Shown: one piece after another, positions 52,201 through 64,000 of the stretch
Layout of the letters: each line of letters begins with the position of its first letter
Numbering within the stretch: position 1 is the stretch's first letter
Assembly: GCF_964355755.1 (NCBI RefSeq)
Contig: NC_092676.1
Span: 9,649,888-9,713,887, forward strand
Length of the DNA stretch: 64,000 bases
DNA from: Antedon mediterranea
Lineage: Eukaryota > Animalia > Echinodermata
Direction: 5' to 3'
Program-made: the position numbers and the translations under genes
Notes under the pieces: generated by a model
Seen by the model: the letters and a program-made list of their open reading frames with translations, nothing else
What the model was told of the DNA's origin: nothing
Databases searched by the model: none

Positions 52201-53589
52201 TCTGTGACCTGTTTAATGAATAGATGGTAATTATTACAAAGTCTGGAAATGTTCATACTTTACTAGTTTATGTCATTTTGATTTCTTTGGTTAACAAATG
52301 TAATCAATAATTATGGAAATTAGTTGTAGTCATAATGGTTGACCCCCCTATATAATGGACGATGACAAGACTTGGGTTACATGAACTTGGTATGAACCGA
52401 TAAGTAGATAAACAGCTCAGGTACATATTAAAAATCACTGTTTTGTTGCATACTTTCGAGGTGTTGTACAAAGGTGTGATTTTGGGAATTACAAAGTGGT
52501 TCTATGCTGGCTATTAGGAACCTATGTCTGGGACATTTGAAAGCAAAATAAAGTCTCTACAGACATTTTAGTCCCATTGTGTATGCAAACATTGAGAAAT
52601 GGGGTCGAAGGTCAAATGTTGTACTTCCGGTCATTTTTTCGTAAAATGTTTCATTAGAGTAAATATAAATATATACATTTTGAATAAAAAAATCAACTCT
52701 CTCGGACTAGTAGTTTTTGAGATATGTTAACCCTATTATGTTTCACCCTAATTTGCATATTTAAGCTAATTTGCATATCATCGGGATGAGTGACAGAGGT
52801 GTGATGCTCAAATTTTGATCTCCTCATCATATGTGACCATTTACAAAAGAAAAATCTCTGTTTGCAATTTGTTTCACTCAAAATGATAGATTGACTAGCC
52901 TATAATATCTAATTCCTAAGATAGAAATATGGAACAATATCGTAATAGTGGAAAAATGTAACTAATGTTATCAAATCTACGTTTCGCGGTACATCTGAGA
53001 TAGATAAGGTAGGTATCAAAGGCGGAGATTTGTCCCGAAGTTTTTCCATTGTGCTCGCCTATGTCAGAATTAACCATAATTTATATATAGGCCTAGATAA
53101 ATTATGAAATTTTCACTTCAATTTTTACCTAGTGTAGTTGCTGAAAGAAATGTATAGATTGCTAATTTGAATAGATTTAACGTATTGTAACGAAATGTAT
53201 TGTAACTCAATATTATTATAACAGATTAAGACAGACGAAGAATATTATATTTCAATACAAAAGTTAATGAAAAAAACAAAGATCGACGTTTCGGTACCAT
53301 CAAACCATTATTCAATTAAAAACCAAATAATAATCTTACATGCACTAATCACGTCATGTTGGCGACAGACCCAACAAGTTTGACATGACATGCTCTGAGG
53401 GCTAAATTTAGTAATTAGCTCCTCCTACTAAAGTAAATACACATTTTGCTTTGATGGAAATATTGTACTCCAGAATAATTACATGCATACATAAATATTA
53501 ATTTAAATCATACCTGAAGTATTATTGCAGCAGTAAGCAAACGGTGCAGTCAAGATCAGTACGAAAAATAATTTCAAGATGATAATCAT
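43202..53589 (-). CDS. LRR-containing GPCR, GRL101/RXFP-like (type C LGR). Exons 53514-53589, 48321-48453, 47960-48031, 47576-47647, 47421-47456, 47166-47219, 46426-46524, 46237-46308, 45543-45617, 44466-44537, 43202-44189
   Basis: Signal peptide MIIILKLFFVLILTAPFAYC, LRRNT CPDGCDC, and 72-nt phase-2 LRR exons. Hinge YSDIFHLCC...CEP..AFASCEDLL. The 7TM region has NLAVSDLLM, SIDR, CLALP, FTNFCCWFP and PINSSINPYLY. The two micro-exons are less certain. Confidence 0.88.
48726..49435 (-). mobile_element. Helentron-associated non-autonomous element (HINE/DINE-like)
   Basis: T-run, AGTCGCGTG/CACGCGACT sub-TIRs and palindrome, (GGTC)n microsatellite, terminal GCCTTGTT stem. Confidence 0.7.
50604..52902. 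mobile_element. Academ-like non-autonomous element, ~460-bp TIRs, TAG...CTA ends, 3-bp TSD TAA
   Basis: TAA|TAGGCTAGTCAATCTAT ... ATAGATTGACTAGCCTA|TAA, with arms ~50604-51065 and ~52445-52902. Confidence 0.8.
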
Positions 53590-53845
53590 CCTCGCGTTAC
53601 GCAGTTCTATTCTCGTTGAAATGCACGTTTCGTCTGTTGATATAGTTCACTTAATGACGACGAGGAATAGAAATGTATTCACTTGATTGTTATTATCATG
53701 CTATAAATAATTTACCATTTCGTTTTAGCATTGATTATAGTGTGTTAATAATTTAGATAATTTACGTCATCGTGAATTATTGTTTTACTGTAAGTGTTAT
53801 CAAAGATGTTCAAAACACTAAAAATAATAGTCTTTGTTATAAATA

Positions 53846-54553
53846 AAACAAGGCCATATAAATGGCTGCAGTCGCGTGCTCAAATTTGAGTTAGTGTTTA
53901 CCGACCGACCAACCGACCGACCAACCGACCAACCGACCGACATAGTGAGCTGTAGAGTAGAGTAAAAATACTACAGTGGATGCTGCAATTTGCTTTAAAA
54001 GAGAATGTGTTAGATTAAAAAGGAACTCTTATATATTATCAGAAGAGGTGGCAAGAGGAGAAAACCAAGGGCTGGAAAGAGAAAGCCCTAAATGGAGATT
54101 CTTGATGATTATTAAAGAAACGTTGTAAAACAGAAATCGGGCAAAAAGAGTACATATTAAAGTTTAAAGCGCAGTGCGCGTGCAAAAATCTGCGCACTTC
54201 CTGAAACGTACTCTAATTTCATCGAAAATAAATGTTGACAATTTTAAACGCGCGTACGCATGCGTTATATGCGCTGCGCACGTAATTGTATTGTCATATG
54301 ATGAAATATGACCTGAAATTTTGAGTACCAAATTGTGTTCAATTGTGATTCATGCTTGTGAAGATATGGTTACAAACGTGATTTCGTTAAATCGTGCGTA
54401 GACCGCGTAATTTTTTATTGCGCACCGAAAAAACATAACAACGTCGATTTCTGGCCATAAGGAATATACTGTAAAAAATTGACTTAGCTAGATGAAACTG
54501 ATACCGACCGACCGACATAGTGAGCTGTAGAGTCGCGTTGCACGCGACTAAAA
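53846..54553 (-). mobile_element. Second copy of the HINE/DINE-like family
   Basis: Same termini, ACCG microsatellite and internal sequence as 48726-49435. A further remnant lies at ~32870-33180. Confidence 0.7.
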
Positions 54554-54739
54554 AGGGAAACATTCGATTCGGGATGATAAACAATTAGAAAACGGTCAAC
54601 GTGATGTCCTTTTTCAATAAAAAATTACATGAACCTTGGGAATGTGTTGCGAATAGAAACTACCCAGATAAACACTGATTCTGGATGATCTAAATACTTT
54701 TCAGGTTTGAACAATGTGATATACGGAAAAAACAAAATG

Positions 54740-55880
54740 AAAATATTATGGGATGAGAAGAAGGAAATAACAATATTCAAATTAACACAACTGATGTGGA
54801 AAAAACCCTTAAAAAGGTCAAGTCCAAGAAAGCCACAGGGCCAGATTTGATATCGGGGAAAGTTCTAAAGACTGGTTATTTTCAATTGAAGTATATTTTT
54901 CATTCCAGTGGTCGGTTAATGTATGCCGTGTATCGAAACTTGCCATTATCACACCGATTCCAAAAAATGATAACTGTACTGTTTGTAACGTTTATAGGCC
55001 AGTGGTATTGACATCTATCCCCATGAAATGTTTTGAGCAAATTATAAAAAATACATTAAATAATGAGACGAATGGTATGATTGATAGCAATCAATTTGCT
55101 TATAGAGCAAAAAGGGGAGTAGTTGACGCATTTATGACGTTCACGCAGATGGTGTATGTATGGTCGTCTTGAATTTCCAAATATTATTTTTAGATTTTTC
55201 TACAGCGTTCAATACGATCCAGCCTCATTTACTTACTGATAAACTATTAAAATTAGGAATAAATCCACAATTAAACCTCGGGATTTCTGATTTCTTAAAT
55301 GAAAGAACACAGATTGTCAAATGTAGGTGTAGTGTGTCGTAGTGGTAGCGAACTTGTAATACGGGTGCACCACAAGGATGCGTTCTTTCTCCCTTACTTT
55401 TTTCATTATAATTATTCTTTTTAGATTTTTACAGTAATATTGATCCAAGTAAATAATTTATAGTTTGCAGATGATACTTGCCTAATTGATTTAATTTCAA
55501 ATAATCCTTGTTCAATGAATATGTTGAATCAATTATAGTATGGTGTATGAAAACAACATTTTCTTGAACTAAATGTTTTATTCCTCTGTCGTTCAATCAA
55601 TTGTATTGTATTATTATTATTTGGTTTTCTCATATCAATGTTAGCACCCAAAGTCAAATTTAAAAAAATTCTAAAGAAGGCCAGCAAAGTTATCGGTGTC
55701 GAATGAAATCTCTAAATGATATGTTTAAAATTTTTAACTTAAAAAATAAAAACTCAATTTTACACTCATATATTATACACATATATTATTATTAGCAGAT
55801 CAGGAAAGGGCTAACACAGAAAGCAATTTCCACAAACCGTTTCAGATGTTCAACACTGTACATGGCATGCAATTTATTTA
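54740..55880 (+). mobile_element. CR1/L2/Rex-Babar clade LINE reverse transcriptase fragment, degenerate
   Basis: KATGPDLISGKVLK, ILFLDFSTAFNTIQPHLL, TGAPQGCVLSPLLF and FADDT motifs, with frameshifts. Confidence 0.85.
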
Positions 55881-56476
55881 ACCAAAACTTAAAAAGATAG
55901 TAACTTGTATGCGTTTATTTAAATATTTATCACTTTGTCTTATTTAATAAACTACTATGGTACAAAATATATCTCAAAATTGTAAAATGTTGACAATAAA
56001 GTAGACTTGTATCTTTTATCTAAACATAAAAGTCTTTAAACACCGGTGTTTTAAACATACTATTTCATCACATCATTGGTAGAGCTGTAATGATATAATA
56101 TAAATATGTCTAAGTTTTATCTTCAGGATTAAATCATCTGATATAGACCTTACAATTGAACTAGAGGACACTATTCGATCTAGATAAAAAAAATGTTTTT
56201 AAAGAGTTTTAGGCCAGAACGAAATATAAAAGTGATGCTCATAATTTTATGTCGTTTTTTCATTGACGAATATCTATTGTATATGAATAAATGTGATTTT
56301 TTTCTATTAGCTTTAAGTCATGGCCTAACATCTTTCTGGAACAGTTTCTACAGCGTAACCCGTGTGGATAAGCAAACTGATTTTCTCTACCATCCCGATG
56401 TAGATCAAATTGATATGAAGTCATAATTTTAACGGAACATTCCAATTGAGGATGAATAATATAAAACAGATACGTT

Positions 56477-56680
56477 AGGCTAGTCAATCTATCATTTTGA
56501 GTGAAACAAATTTTTTAAATGGTCACATATGATGAGGAGATGGACATTTGAGCATCACACCTCTGTCACTCATCCCGATGATATGCAAATTAGCTTAAAT
56601 ATGCAAATTAGGGTGAAATTACAGGGTTACCATATCTCAAAATTTTCAATTGATTTTTTCACTGATTTATTCAAAATGTA
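56477..56680 (+). mobile_element. Solo TIR fragment of the 50604-52902 Academ-like family
   Basis: TAGGCTAGTCAATCTATC...CATCACACCTCTGTCACTCATCCCGATGATATGCAAATTAGC is shared with that element. Confidence 0.75.
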
Positions 56681-56980
56681 TGTAAATGGTGAATGTTTAG
56701 GTAAAGTAGGTTTATCAGGTGGAGGAAATATGAATGTACCATAATGGTGTTACACTGACAAAGGATGGGAACCTGATTGTTGCAGACTGCTACAACCACA
56801 GAATACAAATGTTTGATGCAAAATGATAAGTTTATGAGAATTCTTGTATGCAAAGGTGAGGAAGATCATGTTGTTCGCCCTAATTATATTGCCATAGATT
56901 CTGAAGAAAACATGTTGGTATCAAGTAATAGCAAACTATTTTATTTTATCAAACGAATAGATGATGGTGTTAATCTCTAA
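56681..56980 (+). pseudogene. NHL-repeat (TRIM-NHL-like) gene fragment with frameshifts
   Basis: GECLGKVG...P/NGVTLTKDGNLIVADCYNHRIQMFDA/DKFMRILV...RPNYIAIDSEENMLVS. Confidence 0.65.
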
Positions 56981-58724
56981 CAGAACTAGGAGTGTAGCTG
57001 ACATAGCAAATAATGGAAATAGCAATGTAAAAATATATAATTACTTTTGTATTAATAATTAGCACATATTTTTTTGATATCTGCCATCCCATGCCTTCCG
57101 TGTAAATTGTATAAAGCTATTTTGTTCAACTTTGTTAATAGTACATTCTTCCGGTTAACGTTGTTAATTATTTTATTTATATTTAACTTAAGTTACAATA
57201 CAGTGTTTTTACCAATCTCTAAGCAAAAATCTGTATAATAGTGCTTTACTTTATTTTAAACAAAATGTTAGCCTATAGTTTGCTTTGTGTATGTAATTTG
57301 TCTTATTTGTTTATGTATTGTTCTGTCATTGTCATGTTTTCATTGTTATTGTTCTTTTTACGTATTATAATCAAGTCTATTTATTATCACACCGCTTTGT
57401 TTTAGGTGGTGGGCATGTTCTCCAACAACTCTTGGTCTTTTCCCACTAGGTATCCACTTCCGACATCTCTTTTCTGCTGTTTTGAAAAAGAATCATTCAT
57501 GATTGATCTATGGAAACATCCTGAATAAAACTGCTTTAGTAAACTGATATTTACAAGCTGGATTTATTGAATATAAATTACATAAAACATAGACAAAGGT
57601 TTACAAAATTCAGTGAACGGGAACTGGGACCATGCTTTCGGTATGCTACCATTTGTATATACAGAGCTTTCGATTTGCAACGACAGGACTTAATCAATTA
57701 AAATGCATTACGTAATATGTTCCAGGATTTTGTGCAATGAAGCGATTTTATTTATTTTTTGTGACGACCGTAAAAAGGTTCAAATGCGCGCATGCATCTG
57801 TGATGGATCTAAGGTCCAGTATCATACGGAAAAATCGCCAACTGCACCTAGATTCGAATCGCAAATCGAAAGCCACTAAAGAATTAAAGCAACCACTAAA
57901 AAGCGATGAACAAATAAATATTGTACCATATTTACTAAGTTGTTATGTCATAAACCCAATAATTTTAAATTAAAAAAATAAACCTGTAATACAATTTTTT
58001 TTTGTATCATGCATCGATAGACCACTAATTATCACATTTGTGCTCAATTTTGTTCTCGCAGGTATAATTTATAAAGTATCGTACATCAACTGTATATTGT
58101 CTGTTTCATTATTTAAAAATGCTTATTTAAAAAAAACGCATATCAAATAAGTGATGCTTAAAAAGTTATAAATAAATCCATCCAAATAATTATAATGTAG
58201 CCAAAAAAGTCTAAAGATGTCGAAAGATGATTTGGACATAGTTGTCAACCAAGTCTTTAACTACCCGATTGTCAGTGCTGTATCTCAACATAATACAGTA
58301 CAATATTTGCCCAGAATATTTGGCAATACTGTACACCATTCCATCTGTATACCACTTAACACACTTGGAGGTACATTGATGTATGCAAATACATTGGTAA
58401 TAACTAATATCATTTTCCCCACTGGGTAGTGATGAAGAACCATATCATGGAATAATCTGAAACTGGAACTGCTACACTTTTCAATTTCATTTTAAAAAGG
58501 CAAGAATGATACTGTATGTCATTGATGTAAATGTTAGTTTCCATAATAGTCATATTATAATACTGTAAAAAAAAACACATTTTCGTCTAAAAAAACAACT
58601 TTAGAAAAATAACAAATAACATACAGCTGCCAATAATTAACATTGCAGTAGGGCCTAAAACTTAAATTTCTATACCACATAATTAAACAAACACGAATAT
58701 TTGCTACAAAGGTGGATGCTATTT

Positions 58725-60468
58725 GTGACCTGCTCTGGCAAAGTGAAACATAAGTCGAAAATTTAAATTTTTCAGATTTGTATTCTATCTGGTAGGAAAT
58801 GTTATATCCTTTACAATGATACCAAACTTAATATTTAACATGAAGGGGATCCCGAGATATTGTACGTTAAGTCGAAGCATGTATAAAGAAATATACAAAT
58901 AACAGTTTTGAGAAAATCATGATTGAATGTCAATGTTATTTTATAAAATAACAACACAAATTAATATTTGTTAATCTAATAGTGTATACTTTCTAAGTAT
59001 CACACATTCACAAAATATGATACAATGAAATGTTTTTTGGTAGGATATTGATTACTGTGACAATGCATACAAAAAAATATTTCCACATTCTATGTTAAGT
59101 ACATACTTGTGTTTCTTTTAAGCACTTGCTTAAAATGGTAAAAAAGGGGGTAAATTAATGTTTTTACACTAAAAAAACTGTATTATTCTTTAAGAATTAA
59201 TTAAATGTATACAATAAATTAAGTTATATAACATTAAATACCATTTCTTGAACTACTGGATTTAAGTACGTTCTTAAAAGTTACTTAAATAATTTAAATT
59301 TTAGTTGTGTAGTGCCTGCTGATTAGATAACAAATACAACTTAAATACCATTATGCGATTGCTTTAATCAATTAAATAATGGATATGTTTTAAGCACATA
59401 CTAATAATGTATTAAGTTTGTTTTAAGCATTTACTTAAAATTGTGTAATGTTCATGAAATTATGTTGATGTAAGTGCATAATAATAGCCTACAATAACAT
59501 GAATTAATACAATACTTATTATGTAAAAACAATAAATATGGTAGGCCTATGTGATATGTAGGCAAATAAAAGTGCCACTTAGGCCTAGCCTACCTATCCT
59601 AGCTAGGCCTATTTGCCCTGCAACCTACCTAGCTAGCCTACCTAGGCCTAGCTAGTCTAGTCTAGACCTGCTAGGCCTACCCTAGGGCCTAGGCTAGGAC
59701 AAGTAGGCCTAGAAGGACCCAGCCTGTAGTCCAAAAGGCTACTTAGTAGGCCTAGGCTAGTCACTACACTGGCTGTAATAATTTAATATCATAGGTCCTT
59801 TGCTACTCTCATTATGTTTTTATTTTTTAGTCATTGTATTTGGCCTAGGCCCTAGACTAGATCCATCGATTATCTTAAATCTGAATTGTTTACACTCTCT
59901 TCTCCGCGTAAAAAGTAAACAGGTCAAAGGTCATTATAAGGATAAGCCAATTACAGTACTGTATTTCTATTACGCGCTAGCCATTACGTGGCGTATCCTT
60001 GACAACGGATTTCTGTTGTGTAAAAATCACGTCAGAGAAGCTTTTTACCTCCTCTAATTCCCGCTGAAGAAGCCAAAAATATTGAAAACCACTTGAAATA
60101 CCCACTGAATATGGCTTATGAATATTTAAATTTTCAGACTCTACCATGTTTCTAAAGGTAGCTATACAAATATTTTCATAAACTGCACAGTTTTCTAACA
60201 GTGTTTCATGCACTTTATTTCATTTTTTTGCAACAAAATGAAATCAAGACAAAATAGGTACTCATTAAAATCACTTATTTAGCCCTTTTATAAACTTAAT
60301 TCACACAAAATGAAACTTGATCTTGATTCTTAAATAGTTGTAGATTCCAAAAAGGGGAAAACCCTATTTTCACCAAGATAGTGATTTTTAACGTACATAG
60401 TACTTCTATAGGTCAATACACTGAATAAAGATCAGCGAGTTATGTTTCACTATGCCAGAGCAGGTCAC
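58725..60468. mobile_element. Sola1-like non-autonomous DNA transposon (4-bp TSD ATTT)
   Basis: ATTT|GTGACCTGCTCTGGCAAAGTGAAACATAA ... TTATGTTTCACTATGCCAGAGCAGGTCAC|ATTT. Confidence 0.7.
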
Positions 60469-61747
60469 ATTTATGATATAATAGAAAGGTTTTGAGATTC
60501 TTCATGACTTTTGATTTATATGGTAATGCACCTATCTCTTAGCTTCCTTGTGTTCCAATATAGAAATGTCTGGTATTGGATAAGAAAGGGTATGAACATT
60601 CATATTTGTGGCATAATCTACAATGAGCCGTTTCAGAATCAATTGTAGAGCATTGTTTTGCAGACAAAGCACAAATTATAGAACGTCTGCCTAAACTATG
60701 TACCTATTCAATTACAGGGATGTATCTGGAATCATCTCCCTTACCAGTGGTATTTTAATGTGACAGATTCCTTGTAATATTACTGTACTATATCACAAGG
60801 ATGTCTAGCAATATAACATGACGCTTTTGAAACAATTTTTTTAGCATGGTTATTAAATTAATCTTATATGTTTAGCCCTACTCTCACATAACTGTACTAC
60901 AAGCAATTTGCAAGTAATTCTCAGGTTGGGCTCGAATCCACAACCTCCATATTGCTAGCCTAGTGTACTGTTTATAATACCTCTATACCATCAAGCTTGC
61001 ACTGACAGCTAGGATTAGACCTAATCCTGAGGAAGCAGCAGGTACTGAATATAATTTCTAGCTACTAATAGTAATATTTAATCAATGTACTACGGAAAAT
61101 AGCTTTTTGCAAAGTGTTCTCTGTGTATCGGTATGTTTGTGTAATGACAAACCATCATACTTAGATAAACTATAGCTCCTGACACAAAGCTTCAAAGTAA
61201 ATCATGCAATAATCTTTATACACATTTCTTCAGAAGAGGATTTTTTTTTGTGAGACTACAGTTATCAAAATTCTTTTCACTTAGCACAGAAAGGTACATT
61301 TTGGTAAATTACAATATGTAAAAGTATGTCTACGTAACATCTGTGACAATTTTGGTTGGTAAGGTTCAATAACAAAGGATATAATGTAGCTGCACCCAAA
61401 TGCAACTTGAAAACTTTTTGTAATCCACTGTTTGTGCAGCATTAATTCAAAAAGTGTTTATAATGCAAGTTTTGTAAAAACCAATTTAGCAGCACACATA
61501 GCTTCTGCCATACACTTGTTTTATGTTGAGGTGACTCATGTTTTGTTTCCATTAAACAACAAGAATAGCTACCTCCTTTTGTTTTCACGATGTGCCACAC
61601 GACTATGCAGCTATTGAGTCTAACAGTTGAACATGCTCATTTGTTTCAGAGCAATCATAGAATGACTTTTCGACTTTATGGCGCATCGGGATATTTAATA
61701 GAAGAATTAATCCTCAGTAAAATGTTCATGTTAAAATTGGCATGATC

Positions 61748-64000
61748 TTATGTCGCATGAGCTAAGGCAGCAACGCTGGTTATATTTTGATCCAACAGCT
61801 GGGTTTCACCCATAGCTCCTGTACCAGCTAGCATCTTGGTAATATCATGGTAAGTGCCAACCTGCCATTAAAAAATAAAATCATGAGATATTATAACACT
61901 AGATCATGGCAAACTAGGCAAAAATTTATCAAATTAATATTTAATATAAGTAATTTTATAAAAACTTTACTGTATTTCAATGTATTAAAACAAATGTGGT
62001 TTGCAGTCATGTTCCAAAATGTATATTAAATACATGTATGTATATTAAATACAATATATGTAATACAGTACAATCTACATTATAACACACATTAGATTCT
62101 TGTCATTTGATGGGAAGATTGTTGGTCACAAGATAATCATTATCACTATTGAACTCTTAATTACATCCTCGAGAGTGAAATGTCATTATATGTACCACAA
62201 ATTTACTTTGAGCATTTATTTTTGTAACATAGTGAGCAACCATTGCACGACACAAGGCTATTGACTGATCATCTTCGATCAACCTGTAGTGTGCGCCATC
62301 TATAATTGTTCTACTCTACGTTCAAAATTGGAGGGCTCCTTTCGAATCGTTCATCCTTGCCCTTGGCCTAGCCTCTAGTTAAAATTATGTATTATAAAAC
62401 AAATAATGCATGTTTTATATTCATGCAATGGAACAAATAATTTCATTTGATGAATTTGTACAACGATCATCCTAGCAAACCGTAAATGGTATACTTGGAT
62501 TTGAAAGGAATGAGCATAGTAGTGGGGCGTGGCTGAGAAGTGGGTGAGGCTATGAACATAAAGAATCTTACCTCCTGTGGTATTGGTTCTAACTCATCGT
62601 TTCCTTTATTAAAGCGCCCTCCATCTCCTCTTACTCTATTCATTGCATGACGATGACGCGACTCGTGTAAATATTTCTGTGTGCAAAAACAAAAGGTTTG
62701 ATTGAACGCATCAACTGTATTAAATGGCTAGGAACAAAAAAAGCTTTAAATTGACTTTTTGGACGTAATAAATATTACACCATCAGGATTGGGAAGAAAA
62801 GGCGAAGTCTTCTTTATGCATTACTAGCAAGTATACCTTCCACAGGTTTCAAATGTAGTTTAAAATATTCCCAGTACAATTCTGATCATTTTGATACTCA
62901 TTATCCACAGACGCCAGTATCTCCCTAATGCGCACCCACAATGTGCATGCATGCAGTAGGAAAAATGTATAACAAACAATGTACAAACTCTCTCTAATAA
63001 TATAGTTTAAAAAAAACATTATACCCCTCGTAACATAAGTACTTGACCTGACCTGTCAACACAAATTGAAAGCTTACTAATAAGCAATTTGACTACATAC
63101 AGTATAGTATAAAAAGGCAATAATAGGATTTAGGGGAGAATTCATCAATTTATTTGCAGGGGATAAAAAATAATGAATATTGAAATAGCATACCCTGCGT
63201 TCTTTAGGTATTTTACCCTCAGCTTCCAGCTTGGCTCTAGCTTGCCTTCTCTTTAAGATACGATGGTATTGCTTAGCATTCACATACAATGGTTCTTCCT
63301 CTAACAATTCTGCCCCTGGTAGTGGTATTCTCTGCATTGTGGCTGCAGCACCACTTGCGCCTGGCACCATCTGAAGTTAATTAGCAAAGCTTGTCATTAA
63401 TCTAATGGTGCTGGTACATCACAAATGGTGTTGGCTGGTATGAAACCGAATGTTGGTTACCATGTTGCTGCTGGTATCAGAAATATTGGTACCAGTGAAG
63501 ATGTTGGTACCATTGAAGCTGTTAGTACCAGTGATTGTGTTGATACCAGTTATGATTTGATGCCAATTGTTTGTATCAGTGATGGTATCATCAGAGATGT
63601 TGGTAATATATTAGCACCAGTGACGGTGGAGGTATTAGTGATGGTGGTGGTATCAGTTGATCATATTGGTATCAGTGATGGTGTTGGTATCAGTGATGGT
63701 GATGTCAATGATGGTGTTGGTATCAGTGATGGTGTTGGTATCAGTGATGGTCTTAGTATCAGTGATGGTACTGGCATAAGAGATGTTGGTAACATGTTGG
63801 TATCAGTTGATCATATTGGTAATCAGTCATGATGTTGGTATCATTGATGGTGTTGGTATCAGTGATGGTGATATTAGTGATGGTGTTGTTACAGTGATAG
63901 CATTATAGTATCAGTATATGGTGCTGGCATCTGGAGATGTACTATCTAATAACATTTCTTTTTTTATGGTATTGGTTAAACTTACCATGACCACACTTCC
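61748..64000 (-). CDS. NFYA: Nuclear transcription factor Y subunit alpha, 3' exons: 63986-64000 (partial), 63194-63370, 62572-62676, 61748-61861
   Basis: GSVVM|MVPGASG...EEPLYVNAKQYHRILKRRQARAKLEAEGKIPKERR|KYLHESRHRHAMNRVRGDGGRF...|...HAT* with phase-0 GT-AG introns. Confidence 0.96.
63400..63930. repeat. Intronic degenerate ~18-bp minisatellite (GATGGTGTTGGTATCAGT)
   Basis: Many imperfect copies fill the NFYA intron 63371-63985. Confidence 0.85.

Noticed and set aside
53280-53315. Hammerhead-like GGT...ACCGAAACGTC on the minus strand
   Set aside because: The core CUGAnGA is too degenerate (TTGAATAA) and no other PLE features are nearby.
60920-61000. tRNA-like B-box on the minus strand
   Set aside because: No intact cloverleaf; at most a decayed SINE head.
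63425-63832. 135-aa ORF with GVGISD repeats
   Set aside because: Translation of an intronic minisatellite, antisense to NFYA.

Overview
AT-rich, intron-containing animal genomic DNA, not prokaryotic. TAGGCCTA-rich tracts, SRCR and GRL101-type genes suggest a marine invertebrate, possibly an echinoderm (inference). Hand-spliced host genes: 3' exons of a ZnT1/SLC30A1 zinc transporter (+), complete CSTPP1/C11orf49 (-) head-to-head with POLR2L/RPB10 (+), a disabled multi-SRCR gene (+), an LRR-7TM GRL101/RXFP-like GPCR with no visible LDLa module (-), and the 3' half of NF-YA (-). The 14-kb first intron of CSTPP1 holds a decayed hAT-like DDE transposase with a C-terminal Spin/Ssty (Spindlin Tudor-like) domain. 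It is split by five TIR elements; removing four of them at their TSDs restores the reading frame, and nesting reaches four levels. Other notable items: Penelope remnants with hammerhead ribozymes (one with a compensatory G3:C8 core), a Penelope/RTE-LINE in-frame junction, a tRNA-like cloverleaf inside a Kolobok-type MITE, and Academ-, MULE-, Ginger-, pogo-, Sola- and Helentron-like non-autonomous elements. All family assignments come from motif recall and terminal/TSD signatures; no database searches were run.
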